From: an uncultured bacterium
GTDB taxonomy: Bacteria > Bacillota > Clostridia > Oscillospirales > Oscillospiraceae
DNA: 64,000 nt
Reading direction: 5' to 3'
Assembly: GCA_947383145.1 (NCBI GenBank)
Contig: CANDCH010000007.1
Span: 14,602 to 78,601, forward strand
The notes under the pieces are model-generated. The model was given only the letters and a program-made list of their open reading frames with translations, did no database searches and was not told where the DNA came from. Below, piece by piece: positions 1 through 9,818 of the stretch. The position numbers and the translations under genes were made by a program. The number at the start of each line of letters is the position of its first letter. The first letter of the stretch is position 1.

Positions 1-1572
1 TCCGGCGGAGAAGTTGCTCCCCCGCTCCCGCACCTCCTCGTCCAGCCCCTTGTCCATCCGGCCGATGAAGGAGTCGGCGTTGACATACCGGCAGGCCTCC
101 CAGATCTCCCGGTCGCTGAAGCCCTCCTCCCGGAGGACGATGTTGCTGCGGATGGTGCCGGAGAACAGGAACACGTCCTGGAGCATCTGGCCGAAATGCC
201 GCCGCAGGGAGGAGATTTTGATGGTGCGGATGTCCCGGCCGTCGATGAGAATCCGGCCCTTCTGGATGTCGTAATTCCGGCAGATCAGGGACAGGATGGT
301 GGTCTTGCCCGAGCCGGTTGCCCCCACGAAGGCGGCGGTCTGCCGGGCCCCCACGTGAAAGGACACCCCCTTGAGCACCCACTCCCCCGGCTCGTAGGCG
401 AACCACACGTCCTGGAACTCGATCTCCCCCCGGATGCGGTCCAGCTCCTCCGCGCCGGGGGCGTCCACCACCTCCGGCTCCAGGTCGAACACGGTGAAAA
501 TCTTCTCCGCCGAGGCGAAGGCGCTTTGCAGCTGGTTGAACTGCTCCGCCAGGGTCTGGATGGGGTTGAAGAATTTGGAGATATACAGGTAGAAGGCCAC
601 GATGGTCTCGCTGGTCATCACCTGCCCCAGCACGGCGGTGTCCTGGATGTACCCCTTGCCCCCCAGGTACAGCAGGCACAGCACCGACGAGATATACAGC
701 ATATACACCAGAGGGCGGAAGATGCTGAACACGAAAATCTGATTCTGCTTGGCCCGCTTCAGCGCCTCGCTCTTGGCGAAAAACTCCTGCCGCTTGCGCT
801 CCTCCTGGTTGAAAATCTGGGTGATCTTGATGCCGGACAGATTTTCCGACAGGTAGGTGTTGATGTCGGTGGTGCGGTCCTTCACCACCCGGTACACCTT
901 CCGGGTGAACTTGCGGAAAATGACGGTGAACAGCACCAGAAAGGGCACGAAGCACAGGAGCATCAGGGTGAGGGCGTAGTTGAGCATCAGCATGGCCGCC
1001 AGCACGCCCACCACGATGAACACGTTTTTCAGCATGGCCACCAGCACGTTGGTGAACATCTGGGAGATGGCGTTGGTGTCGTTTGCCACCCGGGTGACCA
1101 GCTTGCCCACGGGAATTTTATTGAGCTGGTCGTGGGACAGGCTCTCGATGTGGGTGAACAGGTCCTGCCGCAGGGCGGAGAGGATCTTCTGCCCGATCTT
1201 TTGCAGGATGATGGACTGGAAGTAGGTGGACACCACCGTGACCAGCAGCGTCACCGCGTACAGCGCCACCCAGCGCAGCAGGGCGGGGGGCTCAAACTGG
1301 TTTTTAATCAGCTCCTCCACCCGGCCGATGATGAGCGGGGAGGCCAGATCGCTGGCGATGGAGGCCAGCATGACGGCCAGCACCAGGGCAAACTGCTTTT
1401 TGTAGGGCACGGCGTATTTGGCCAACCGGCGGATGATCTCGCCGTCGGGGATGTGGCGGTCGAAGTCCGGGGCGGACTTGGCCCGCAGCTCCCGCAGCCA
1501 GGCCAGCACGAACAGCAGGGAGAACACCCCCACCACCGCGCCCACGAAAATCAGCGGCATATATTCACGCAT
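1..1572 (-). CDS. ABC exporter subunit, permease + ATPase (MdlB-like), 3' end outside window
   Basis: Read manually on - strand: MREYMPLIFVGAVVG..., TM domain, Walker A GATGSGKT near 300-325; start overlaps stop of upstream ABC gene. Confidence 0.9.
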   Translation of the reverse strand, partial: MREYMPLIFVGAVVGVFSLLFVLAWLRELRAKSAPDFDRHIPDGEIIRRLAKYAVPYKKQFALVLAVMLASIASDLASPLIIGRVEELIKNQFEPPALLRWVALYAVTLLVTVVSTYFQSIILQKIGQKILSALRQDLFTHIESLSHDQLNKIPVGKLVTRVANDTNAISQMFTNVLVAMLKNVFIVVGVLAAMLMLNYALTLMLLCFVPFLVLFTVIFRKFTRKVYRVVKDRTTDINTYLSENLSGIKITQIFNQEERKRQEFFAKSEALKRAKQNQIFVFSIFRPLVYMLYISSVLCLLYLGGKGYIQDTAVLGQVMTSETIVAFYLYISKFFNPIQTLAEQFNQLQSAFASAEKIFTVFDLEPEVVDAPGAEELDRIRGEIEFQDVWFAYEPGEWVLKGVSFHVGARQTAAFVGATGSGKTTILSLICRNYDIQKGRILIDGRDIRTIKISSLRRHFGQMLQDVFLFSGTIRSNIVLREEGFSDREIWEACRYVNADSFIGRMDKGLDEEVRERGSNFSAG

Positions 1573-3346
1573 TGTGCCTCGCCCCCTCCTCCTCCAGCTT
1601 TTGCAGCTCCACCATGCGGCGGTAGGCCGGACAGGTCTCGTACAGCTGGGCATGGGTCCCCTGGGCGGTCACCGCCCCGTCCTCCAGAAAGATGATCCGG
1701 TCCATCCCCTCCACCGTGGAGATGCGGTGGGCGATGAGGATGGTGGTGCGGCCCTTCCGGGTCTCCCGCAGGTTGTCCAGAATGGCCCGCTCGGTCTGGG
1801 TGTCCACGGCGGACACCGAGTCGTCCAGGATCAAGATGGGGGCGTCCTTCACCAGGGCCCGGGCGATGGAGATGCGCTGCTTCTGCCCGCCGGACACGGT
1901 GACCCCCCGCTCCCCCAGCACGGTGTCGTAGCCCAGGGGGAAGTCCCGCACGTCGGCGTCCACGTCGGCCAGCAGGGCTGCGGCGGACACCCGCTGCCGG
2001 TCGGGGACGGCCTCGGTGAAGTCCACGTTCCGGGCGATGGTGTCGCTGAACAGGAAGTTGTCCTGGGGCACGTAGGCCGCCGCCGCCCGCACCTCCCGGA
2101 TGGGGACGGTATTCACATCCCGCCCGTCCAGGAACACCGTGCCGTCGGGCACATTGCAGGTGCGCAGGATCAGGTCCACCACCGTGGTCTTGCCCGACCC
2201 GGTGCGGCCCACAATACCCACGCGCTCCCCGGCGCGGATGGTGAAGGACACGTCCCGCAGGGCGTCGAACTCCCCGCCGGGATAGCGGAAGGTGAGGTTT
2301 CGGAACTCCACCTCCCCCCGCACCGGGCCCAGGGGAGTCACGCCCGGACGGTCGGCCACGTTCACCGGCGCGTCCAGCAGCCCGCTGATGCGCTTCAAAG
2401 ACGCCCTGCCCCGGCTGGTCATGTCGATGAGCTCGGACACCGCCATAATGGGCCAGACCACGGCGGTGAAGTAGCCGATGAACTCCATCAGCTCCCCGGC
2501 GTTGAAGGTCCCCCGCCACACCAGATACCCGCCGTAGCCCAGAATGATGCAGATCACCGACTCCACAAACAGGGTCACCAGAATGCGCAGCAGCACGGCG
2601 GTGCGGGTGAAGTCCACGTTGGCCCGCTCGTTCTCCCGGTTGAGCTCCTGGAAGGCCAGCAGCTCCTTGGCCTCCTTGACGAAGGCCTTGATGACGGCGA
2701 TGCCGGAAAAGCTCTCCTGGGAGAAGTCGGACAGCTTGGAAAACGCCGCCTGGCGCACATCCCACTTTTTCATCATATACCGGCCCACCACCGCGCTGGA
2801 CCCAAGCAGCAGCGCCATGGGAATCATGGAAAGCCCGGTCATCAGCGGGTCCATCCGCCACATGTGGTGGACGGACAGCCCCCCAAGCAGCAACGCGTCG
2901 AAGAACATGAGAAAGCCGGAGCCATAGCAGTCCTGCACCGTCTCCAGGTCGTTGGTGAACAGGCTCATCAGCCCGCCCACCTTGTTCTCCGCGTAAAACT
3001 GCCGGTCCAGGTCCTTGGCGTGGTCAAACATCTCGTTGCGCAGGCCGGTCTCCACCTTGATGGCCGCGCCGAAGATGCACACCCGCCACAGAAACCGCCC
3101 GAACACCATGGCTATGACGATCCACACCATGGGCAGGCAGATCCGGTCCAGAAGGAAGTCCATGTCGAAGGGGAGGTCCGCGCCGTCCACCGTCACATAC
3201 CCCTGGTTGACGCCGTTGATGACCTGCTGGTACAGATTTGGAACCACCAGCTGGATATAATCCACCAGCACCAGCGCGGCCAGCCCCAGCAACAGCCACC
3301 CGGCGTATTTGAAATAGTATTTGTTGATGTGCTTTCCGAAGATCAC
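1565..3346 (-). CDS. ABC exporter subunit, permease + ATPase (MdlA-like)
   Basis: GRTGSGKT, VSGGQKQR, ILILDD motifs; GTG start at 3346 after purine-rich RBS (ORF track extends to 3403). Confidence 0.93.
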   Translation of the reverse strand: MIFGKHINKYYFKYAGWLLLGLAALVLVDYIQLVVPNLYQQVINGVNQGYVTVDGADLPFDMDFLLDRICLPMVWIVIAMVFGRFLWRVCIFGAAIKVETGLRNEMFDHAKDLDRQFYAENKVGGLMSLFTNDLETVQDCYGSGFLMFFDALLLGGLSVHHMWRMDPLMTGLSMIPMALLLGSSAVVGRYMMKKWDVRQAAFSKLSDFSQESFSGIAVIKAFVKEAKELLAFQELNRENERANVDFTRTAVLLRILVTLFVESVICIILGYGGYLVWRGTFNAGELMEFIGYFTAVVWPIMAVSELIDMTSRGRASLKRISGLLDAPVNVADRPGVTPLGPVRGEVEFRNLTFRYPGGEFDALRDVSFTIRAGERVGIVGRTGSGKTTVVDLILRTCNVPDGTVFLDGRDVNTVPIREVRAAAAYVPQDNFLFSDTIARNVDFTEAVPDRQRVSAAALLADVDADVRDFPLGYDTVLGERGVTVSGGQKQRISIARALVKDAPILILDDSVSAVDTQTERAILDNLRETRKGRTTILIAHRISTVEGMDRIIFLEDGAVTAQGTHAQLYETCPAYRRMVELQKLEEEGARHNA

Positions 3347-3509
3347 GCCGCTTCCCCTCTCTCCTCCGGCCCGCCGGGGCCAAACGCCCGCCGACGGTTT
3401 CAAGTTCTACGACTATATCACATTTTCCCTCCACCGTCCAGCAAAATGTTCCCCAATTATCCGGCCCGCGCGGACTGATTTTTTTGGGGCGGCGGACGCC
3501 GTTGGAGCA

Positions 3510-3538
3510 TTGACAGGGGCGGGCGGCGGCTCTATAAT
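3510..3538 (+). promoter_or_regulatory. sigmaA promoter of cysK
   Basis: TTGACA-N17-TATAAT, perfect consensus. Confidence 0.85.
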
Positions 3539-3609
3539 CCATGGGAGAAGCCGGGCCTGCCGGGCGCGCCGCGCCCGAATTTTTCGACCCGTCTCAGGAG
3601 GACGCCGCC

Positions 3610-4542
3610 ATGAGCCGCATCTACACTTCCGCCGACCAGCTGATCGGCCGCACTCCCCTGCTTGAGCTCGCCCGCATCCAGCGGTCCCAGGGCCTCCGGG
3701 CCCGGGTCCTGGCCAAGCTGGAGTATTTCAACCCCGCCGGCAGCGCCAAGGACCGCATTGCCAAGGCCATGATCGACGACGCCGAGGCCAGGGGCCTGCT
3801 GAAGCCCGGCTCGGTCATCATTGAGCCCACCTCCGGCAACACCGGCATCGGCCTGGCCAGCGTGGCCGCCGCCCGGGGCTACCGGGTGATCATCGTCATG
3901 CCCGACACCATGAGCGTGGAGCGCCGCCAGCTGATGAGGGCCTACGGCGCGGAGCTGGTGCTCACCCCGGGGGCCCAGGGCATGAGCGGAGCAATCGCCA
4001 GGGCCGGGGAGCTGGCAAAGGAAATCCCCGGCAGCTTCATCCCCGGCCAGTTTGACAACCCCGCCAACCCCGCCGCCCACCGGGCGTCCACCGGCCCGGA
4101 GATCTGGGAGGACACCGATGGCCGAGTGGACATCTTCGTGGCCGGGGTGGGCACCGGCGGCACCATCACCGGCGTGGGGGAGTACCTCAAGAGCCGGAAT
4201 CCCGCGGTCAAGGTGGCGGCGGTGGAGCCCGCCTCCTCCCCGGTGCTCGGCGGCGGGGCCGCCGGCCCCCACGCCATCCAGGGCATCGGCGCGGGCTTTG
4301 TCCCCCAGGTGCTGAACACCGCCGTCTATGACGAGGTCATCCCGGTAAAGAACGAGGACGCCTTCGCCGCGGGCAGGCTGCTGGGCCGGACCGAGGGCGT
4401 GCTGGCGGGGATTTCCTCCGGGGCGGCGCTGTGGGCCGCCATTGAGCTGGCCAAGCGACCGGAAAATCAGGGCAAAACCATTGTGGTCCTGCTGCCCGAC
4501 ACCGGGGACCGCTACCTGTCCACCCCCATGTTTCAGGACTGA
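3610..4542 (+). CDS. cysK: cysteine synthase A
   Basis: [47 protein letters not shown] before ATG 3610. Confidence 0.97.
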   Translation: MSRIYTSADQLIGRTPLLELARIQRSQGLRARVLAKLEYFNPAGSAKDRIAKAMIDDAEARGLLKPGSVIIEPTSGNTGIGLASVAAARGYRVIIVMPDTMSVERRQLMRAYGAELVLTPGAQGMSGAIARAGELAKEIPGSFIPGQFDNPANPAAHRASTGPEIWEDTDGRVDIFVAGVGTGGTITGVGEYLKSRNPAVKVAAVEPASSPVLGGGAAGPHAIQGIGAGFVPQVLNTAVYDEVIPVKNEDAFAAGRLLGRTEGVLAGISSGAALWAAIELAKRPENQGKTIVVLLPDTGDRYLSTPMFQD

Positions 4543-4557
4543 GCGCCTGTCCCCGCC

Positions 4558-4608
4558 GCAAAAAACGCCGGGGAGGCGGTAATTCAACCGCCTCCCCGGC
4601 ATTTTTGC
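4558..4608. terminator. bidirectional intrinsic terminator
   Basis: AAAAA-C-GCCGGGGAGGCGGT..ACCGCCTCCCCGGC-A-TTTTT between convergent genes. Confidence 0.85.
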
Positions 4609-4617
4609 GCCCTCCGC

Positions 4618-6327
4618 TCAGCCGCGCTCCACCGACTCGGTGCGCCAGACAAACTTTACCTGACCGTCCATATCATCGCTGATGCCGGAGAAGGAGGTAT
4701 ACCGCTCCGAAACGGCCTTCACCGCGTCCAGCCGGTCCAACAGCCCGCCCAGGCCGCCGTCAAAGGCGTCCACCAGCTTCTGCACGCCCTCCTCGTTGAA
4801 CCGCTTGAGGCCGCCGGACAGCTCCATGGCCCCGTCCCGCAGCTGGGTCGCGCCGTCAATGAGGGCGGGCGCGCTGTCCTTCATGGTGAGGATGCCGTCA
4901 TAGAGCTCCCCCGCCCCGGCGGACAGGCTGTCCGCGCCGTCCTTCAGGGAGGCAGCGCCCCCGTTCAGCTCGCCGGCCCCGGCCTGGGCCTGGGCCACCC
5001 CGGCGGTGTACTGCCGGAGCCCTTGGTAAAAGCCGTTGTAGTTGTCCAAGGAGGCCTTCAGCGCCGCCACCTGCTGCCCGGCGGGGGAGTCCCCGGCGGA
5101 GGCGATCACACCCTCCAGCACCTGGGCGTAGTTTTCCGCCGTCAGCTCGGGGGCCTGCACGCCCGCCGCGGCCAGCTGGGCGTTGGCGGTGGCCAGCAAG
5201 CTCTGGAACACCTGGGCGGCGCCGCCGTTGAGGGTATCGTTTTTCTCCGCCAGGGCAGTGAGGCCCTCATTCAGGGAGGCCGCGCCCGCCTGGAGCTGGG
5301 AAGCTCCCGCGCTCAGGCTGTCCGCCCCCCGCTTGAGCTGGGCGGCTCCCGCCGCCAGCTTGTCAATGCCAGAGACTAGCTCCTGGGAACGGTCCAGCAG
5401 GGTGCAAAGCCCGTCGTAGAGCCGGGAAGAGCCGTCCATGAGCTGGTCCATGGCGTCGGTGAGTTCGTCCAGCTTGCCGTCTAAATTGTCCAACTCATCG
5501 TAATCCCCGGTCTGGTCTGCCACGTCGTTGAACAGGCCGTTGGCGGCCAGGGTGACGGTGGTCTCTAAGGCAAAGCCCTCCGCGTCGGCAGTGATTTCCA
5601 CGTATTCGGGCAGGTCCAGGTCGTCCGCGTCCAGCCCCAGGCTGTCCCGGAGGCCGGGAAGGGCCAGACCGGCCACGATGGTGCGGTCGCCGTCGTTCAC
5701 GATTTTGCCGTTGGAGACGGACACGTTGGAGAATACGTCGTTGTCCAGCACCACCCCGGTGAGCATGGCGAAGGGAACGTAAATCTTCTCCTGTGTGCCG
5801 TTGATGTCCACCAGCTCGTACTGGTGGTTGGTGTAGTCAAAGCGGATGGTGACTTTGCCGCTCCTGCCCGCCAGTTCCTCGGCGGAGATGGGCGCGCCGT
5901 CCAGGGTGTAGGACACCGCCACCGATACGGGAAGCTCCTGGTCAATCTCGCCCTGGTAATAGATGTCGTTCCCCCGGGCGTCCCAAACGCAGGCGTTGTC
6001 CCCGCCCAGGGTATAGGTCTCGTTCCCCTTCACGTTCTCAATGCCGGTGAGCCGGGTCACGTCGTCGATGGTGTCTCCGCCCTGGGCGTTTTTCACCCAG
6101 TCGCTGACGATGATCTTGTCCACCGAGCCGTCGGCCCGGGCCAGGGCATAGACGGTTTCGTCCTTCACATTCCGTCCGTCGCCAGAGGGGGCGGTTTTGG
6201 CGGCGGTCTCCGCTGGGGCGGCGGAGGGGGCGGGGGCTCCGGCGGCGTTTACGGCGTACACCGTGCCGCCCAGAGCCAGGACCGCGCACAGGGTCAGGGA
6301 CATAACTTTCACAACAGGCTTTTTCAT
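4618..6327 (-). CDS. secreted YhgE/Pip-like protein with X-X-X-Leu-X-X-Gly heptad repeats
   Basis: Signal peptide MKKPVVKVMSLTLCAVLALGG, KDETVY motif, repeated LxxGAxxLxxG; ATGA overlap with MMPL stop. Confidence 0.8.
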   Translation of the reverse strand: MKKPVVKVMSLTLCAVLALGGTVYAVNAAGAPAPSAAPAETAAKTAPSGDGRNVKDETVYALARADGSVDKIIVSDWVKNAQGGDTIDDVTRLTGIENVKGNETYTLGGDNACVWDARGNDIYYQGEIDQELPVSVAVSYTLDGAPISAEELAGRSGKVTIRFDYTNHQYELVDINGTQEKIYVPFAMLTGVVLDNDVFSNVSVSNGKIVNDGDRTIVAGLALPGLRDSLGLDADDLDLPEYVEITADAEGFALETTVTLAANGLFNDVADQTGDYDELDNLDGKLDELTDAMDQLMDGSSRLYDGLCTLLDRSQELVSGIDKLAAGAAQLKRGADSLSAGASQLQAGAASLNEGLTALAEKNDTLNGGAAQVFQSLLATANAQLAAAGVQAPELTAENYAQVLEGVIASAGDSPAGQQVAALKASLDNYNGFYQGLRQYTAGVAQAQAGAGELNGGAASLKDGADSLSAGAGELYDGILTMKDSAPALIDGATQLRDGAMELSGGLKRFNEEGVQKLVDAFDGGLGGLLDRLDAVKAVSERYTSFSGISDDMDGQVKFVWRTESVERG

Positions 6328-8429
6328 TTTGCATAGACCTCCTGGTTGGAAATTTTGGGGTGTTTGGGCTGTTTCATGCCCGCGGTGGTGGCGCAGATGA
6401 GCTTGTCGCACAGCAGCAGCAGGGCGGGCAGGGTGAAGATCACCGACGCCATGCTGATGAGGGCCCCCCGGGCCATGAGCATGCACATGGAGCTGATGAT
6501 GTCGATCTCAGAGTAGAGGGCCACGCCAAAGGTGGCGGCGAACAACCCCATGCCGGACACGATGATGGACGGGATGGAGGCGGTAAGGGCGGTACGGACG
6601 GCGTCCCGTTTGTCCGCGCCGCCCGCTCGCTCCGCCTTATAGCGGTTGGTGAGCAGGATGGCGTAATCCACCGTGGCCCCCAGCTGGATGGTGCTGATGC
6701 AGATGGGGGCGATGAAGGGCAGGCTCTGGCCCAGGTAGTGGGGCAGCCCCAGGTTGACGAAGATGGCCGCCTCGATCACCGCGATGAGGAGGAAGGGCAG
6801 GGTAAAGCTCTTTTCCACGATGGCGATGATGAGGAAGATGGCCAGAATGGAAACCGTATTCACCATCTTGAAGTCGTGGTCGGTGGTCTGGATCATGTCC
6901 CTCATGCAGGGGGCCTCGCCGATGAGCATGCCGCCCTGGTCGTACCGCTTCAAAATGCTGTTCAGCTCGCCGATCTGGGCGTTTACCGCGTCGCTGGCCA
7001 CCTTGTACTCGGAGTTGATGAGGAGCAGGCGCCAGTTGTCGCTCTTGAGCTTTTCGGTGACGGCTTCCGGCAGGAACTCCTCGGGAATGCGGGAGCCCAC
7101 CACGGACTCCATGCCCAGCACGTACTTCACGCCGTCCACGGCCTCCATCTCGTCCGCCATGGCCCGCACCTGCTTGGCGGGCAGGTTGGCGTCCACCAGC
7201 AGCATATGGGTGGAGGCGATGTTGAAATCGTCCCGCAGCCTGCCCTCGGCGATGACGTACTCCATGTCCTCGGGGAGGCACTGGCCCATGTCGTAGTACA
7301 CCTCGCCGTTGGTTTTGTTATAGCCATACAGGGCGGGGGGAAGAATCAGGGCAAAGATCACGATGAACACGGGGAACGCCTTCACCACCCCCCCGGACAG
7401 CCGGCCCATATTGGGGATGAGGGAACGGTGGCGGGTTTTCTGCAAAGGCTTGTCGAACGCCAGAATGAGGGCGGGCAGCACGGTGACGCAGCCCAGCACC
7501 CCCAGCAGGACGCCCTTGGCCATCACGATGCCCAGATCGCGGCCCATGGTGAAGGACATGAAGCACAGGGCGATGAAGCCCGCCACGGTGGTGATGGACG
7601 ACCCCACCACCGAGGACAGGGTGGCGCGGACGGCGGCGGCCATGGCCTCGCCGTTGTCCGGGCAGGTCCGGCGCTGCTCGTTGTAGCTGTTCCACAGGAA
7701 AATGGAGTAGTCCATGGTGACAGCCAGCTGGAGCACCGCCGACAGGGCCTTGGTGATGTAAGAGATTTCCCCCAGGAAGTAGTTGGTGCCCAGGTTCATC
7801 AAAATCATCATGCCGATGCTGGCCAGAAACACAAAGGGGGCCAGCCAGCTGTCCAGCAGGAGGAGCATGGCGGCGCAGGCCAGGGCCACGGCGATGCCCA
7901 CATAGATGGGCTCCTCCACCTCGCACAGGTCCTTCAAATCCGTCACCAGGGCGGATATGCCGGACACAAAGCACTTCTCCCCCGCCAGGGTCCGAATCTC
8001 CCGGATGGCGTCCATAGTCAAATCGGAGGAGGTGGAGGTGTCGAAGAACACCGCCATCATGGTGGCGTTTCCGGCGTTGAAGGCGTCATAGAGCCCGTCG
8101 GGCAGCAGCTCCATGGGGACGGAGAGATCCATCACGCTGTCGTACCACAACACGGTGTCCACGTGATCCACCCGCTCCACCCGCTTTTTCAGGGCGGCGG
8201 CGTCCCTGGCGGGCATATCCTCCAGGATGAGGAAGGAGAAGGCCCCCTTGTGGAAATCGTCCAGCAGCTCGTTCTGGCCGGCAACGGTGTCCATGTCCTC
8301 GGGCAGATAGTTCAGCATATCGTAGTTGACCCGGGTGGCCGCCATGCCCAGCGCGGAGGGAATCATCAGCAGCAGCGCGCAGATCAGGATGGGGACGCGG
8401 TGCTTGACCACCGCTTTGGAGAATTTCAT
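6324..8429 (-). CDS. MMPL/RND-family membrane transporter
   Basis: 701 aa with two TM repeats, QLAVTMDYSIF and QLGATVDYAI motifs. Confidence 0.9.
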   Translation of the reverse strand: MKFSKAVVKHRVPILICALLLMIPSALGMAATRVNYDMLNYLPEDMDTVAGQNELLDDFHKGAFSFLILEDMPARDAAALKKRVERVDHVDTVLWYDSVMDLSVPMELLPDGLYDAFNAGNATMMAVFFDTSTSSDLTMDAIREIRTLAGEKCFVSGISALVTDLKDLCEVEEPIYVGIAVALACAAMLLLLDSWLAPFVFLASIGMMILMNLGTNYFLGEISYITKALSAVLQLAVTMDYSIFLWNSYNEQRRTCPDNGEAMAAAVRATLSSVVGSSITTVAGFIALCFMSFTMGRDLGIVMAKGVLLGVLGCVTVLPALILAFDKPLQKTRHRSLIPNMGRLSGGVVKAFPVFIVIFALILPPALYGYNKTNGEVYYDMGQCLPEDMEYVIAEGRLRDDFNIASTHMLLVDANLPAKQVRAMADEMEAVDGVKYVLGMESVVGSRIPEEFLPEAVTEKLKSDNWRLLLINSEYKVASDAVNAQIGELNSILKRYDQGGMLIGEAPCMRDMIQTTDHDFKMVNTVSILAIFLIIAIVEKSFTLPFLLIAVIEAAIFVNLGLPHYLGQSLPFIAPICISTIQLGATVDYAILLTNRYKAERAGGADKRDAVRTALTASIPSIIVSGMGLFAATFGVALYSEIDIISSMCMLMARGALISMASVIFTLPALLLLCDKLICATTAGMKQPKHPKISNQEVYAK

Positions 8430-8451
8430 ACAGCATACGTCCTTTCACAGT

Positions 8452-9060
8452 TCACAGGGTTTCGTCTTCCACCTCAAACGAGGTCACTTCAATGACGTCG
8501 GGCCGCTGGTGGGGCACGATCTTCACCGCGCTCACCGCCACGCACAGGTTCAGAACGCCCTCCGCCAGCAGGGCCGCCCCCAGCAGCATGGTGAGCAGCC
8601 GGACGCTGTCCCAGGGCCGGAATACCAGGACCAGCCCGATGAGCCCGGCGGCCACGGCCAGAACCAGGGTCAGCCACCAGGTGGAGATGCCGAAGCGTTT
8701 GGCGTCCACGGCGATCTGCACCTTGTAGAGCCCGTCGGTGAGGACGGCGACGCCCAGGGCGGTGAACAGAAAGTCCAGCACCCCCGCGGGCCGGAGCAGC
8801 ACCAGCGCCCCCAGGGCGATGAGCAGCAGGCCGAAGCCCAGGTCGTACTGGAAGGCCAGCCGGTACAGGTCCCGGGAGCAGTAGCCCACCAGCTTGACGG
8901 CGCCGAACAGGATCATGGCCGCCCCCAGCATCCGGCCGATGACGGCCGCGGACAGGCTGGGATCGGCGATGCAGGCGATCCCGGCGGCGCAGAACGCCAG
9001 GGACATGACGATGCAGCCGATTTTTGCCACCCACATGGGAATGGTACAGCGGGTTTTCAA
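8452..9060 (-). CDS. HdeD/DUF308-like membrane protein
   Basis: About 6 TM helices; AAGGAGG RBS before TTG. Confidence 0.75.
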   Translation of the reverse strand: MKTRCTIPMWVAKIGCIVMSLAFCAAGIACIADPSLSAAVIGRMLGAAMILFGAVKLVGYCSRDLYRLAFQYDLGFGLLLIALGALVLLRPAGVLDFLFTALGVAVLTDGLYKVQIAVDAKRFGISTWWLTLVLAVAAGLIGLVLVFRPWDSVRLLTMLLGAALLAEGVLNLCVAVSAVKIVPHQRPDVIEVTSFEVEDETL

Positions 9061-9136
9061 AATTCACACCTCCTTGCGTTTCCTTGTGATGGTGAGTATA
9101 CCAGGGGCGTGGGGCGCTTGCCATGGGCAGAAAAAG

Positions 9137-9234
9137 CCCCCGTGCCTGAAAATCAGGCACGGGGGGGAAGCTGTCTGAAATTCAGACACGGGACGGGTCC
9201 GCGCCTAAATTTCAGGCACGGACCCGTCCCGTGT
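9137..9234. repeat. cluster of three related palindromes; the first probably also terminates tetR
   Basis: GTGCCTGA-AAA-TCAGGCAC, TGTCTGAA-A-TTCAGACA and a long ACACGGGACGGGTCCG..CGGACCCGTCCCGTGT stem. Confidence 0.75.
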
Positions 9235-9250
9235 TGGAACATACGCGGGG

Positions 9251-9793
9251 TCAGCGGCTCAATTGCTCCACGCCGCTCTTTTGCAAAGCGCATACCCGGC
9301 GGAAGTAATCCGCGATATCGTCCTTCATGCCGCCGTTGAGCCAGTCGATCACCGAGCCGAAGCAGGCGCACTTGTGGAGGCGGATCAGGGCGTCCAGGTC
9401 GGCGGGATCTATGGGCTTATCCGCAAACTCCGCCTTTAAGTAGGTGGACACAATATAGCCGCAGCCGTCCATGAGGTACCGCTCGAACACGTCCCGGCTC
9501 AGGGAGTTGTAGATGTGGTAGACCGCCCGCCTGTTCTCCATCACCAGCTCGATCACCGCGTCGGCGCACTCCTCCACGGAGGACACGGTGGGGTGCTTCT
9601 GAATCAGCGCCTGCACCTGCTCCCCCACCATCTCCTCCACCAGGGCGGGCAGGTCCTCAAAGTGGTAATAGAAGGAGTTGCGGTTGATGCCGCAGTCCTC
9701 CACAATATCCTTCACCGTGATCTGGTTCAAGGGCCGCTGGTTGAGCAGCTTCAAAAAGGTGTCCTTGATGGCCCTCCGAGTAAAGCTGGCCAT
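9251..9793 (-). CDS. TetR/AcrR-family regulator
   Basis: ITVKDIVEDCGINRNSFYYHF helix-turn-helix. Confidence 0.93.
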   Translation of the reverse strand: MASFTRRAIKDTFLKLLNQRPLNQITVKDIVEDCGINRNSFYYHFEDLPALVEEMVGEQVQALIQKHPTVSSVEECADAVIELVMENRRAVYHIYNSLSRDVFERYLMDGCGYIVSTYLKAEFADKPIDPADLDALIRLHKCACFGSVIDWLNGGMKDDIADYFRRVCALQKSGVEQLSR

Positions 9794-9818
9794 GGCCGCG
9801 CCTCCGTCCGATCTGATT

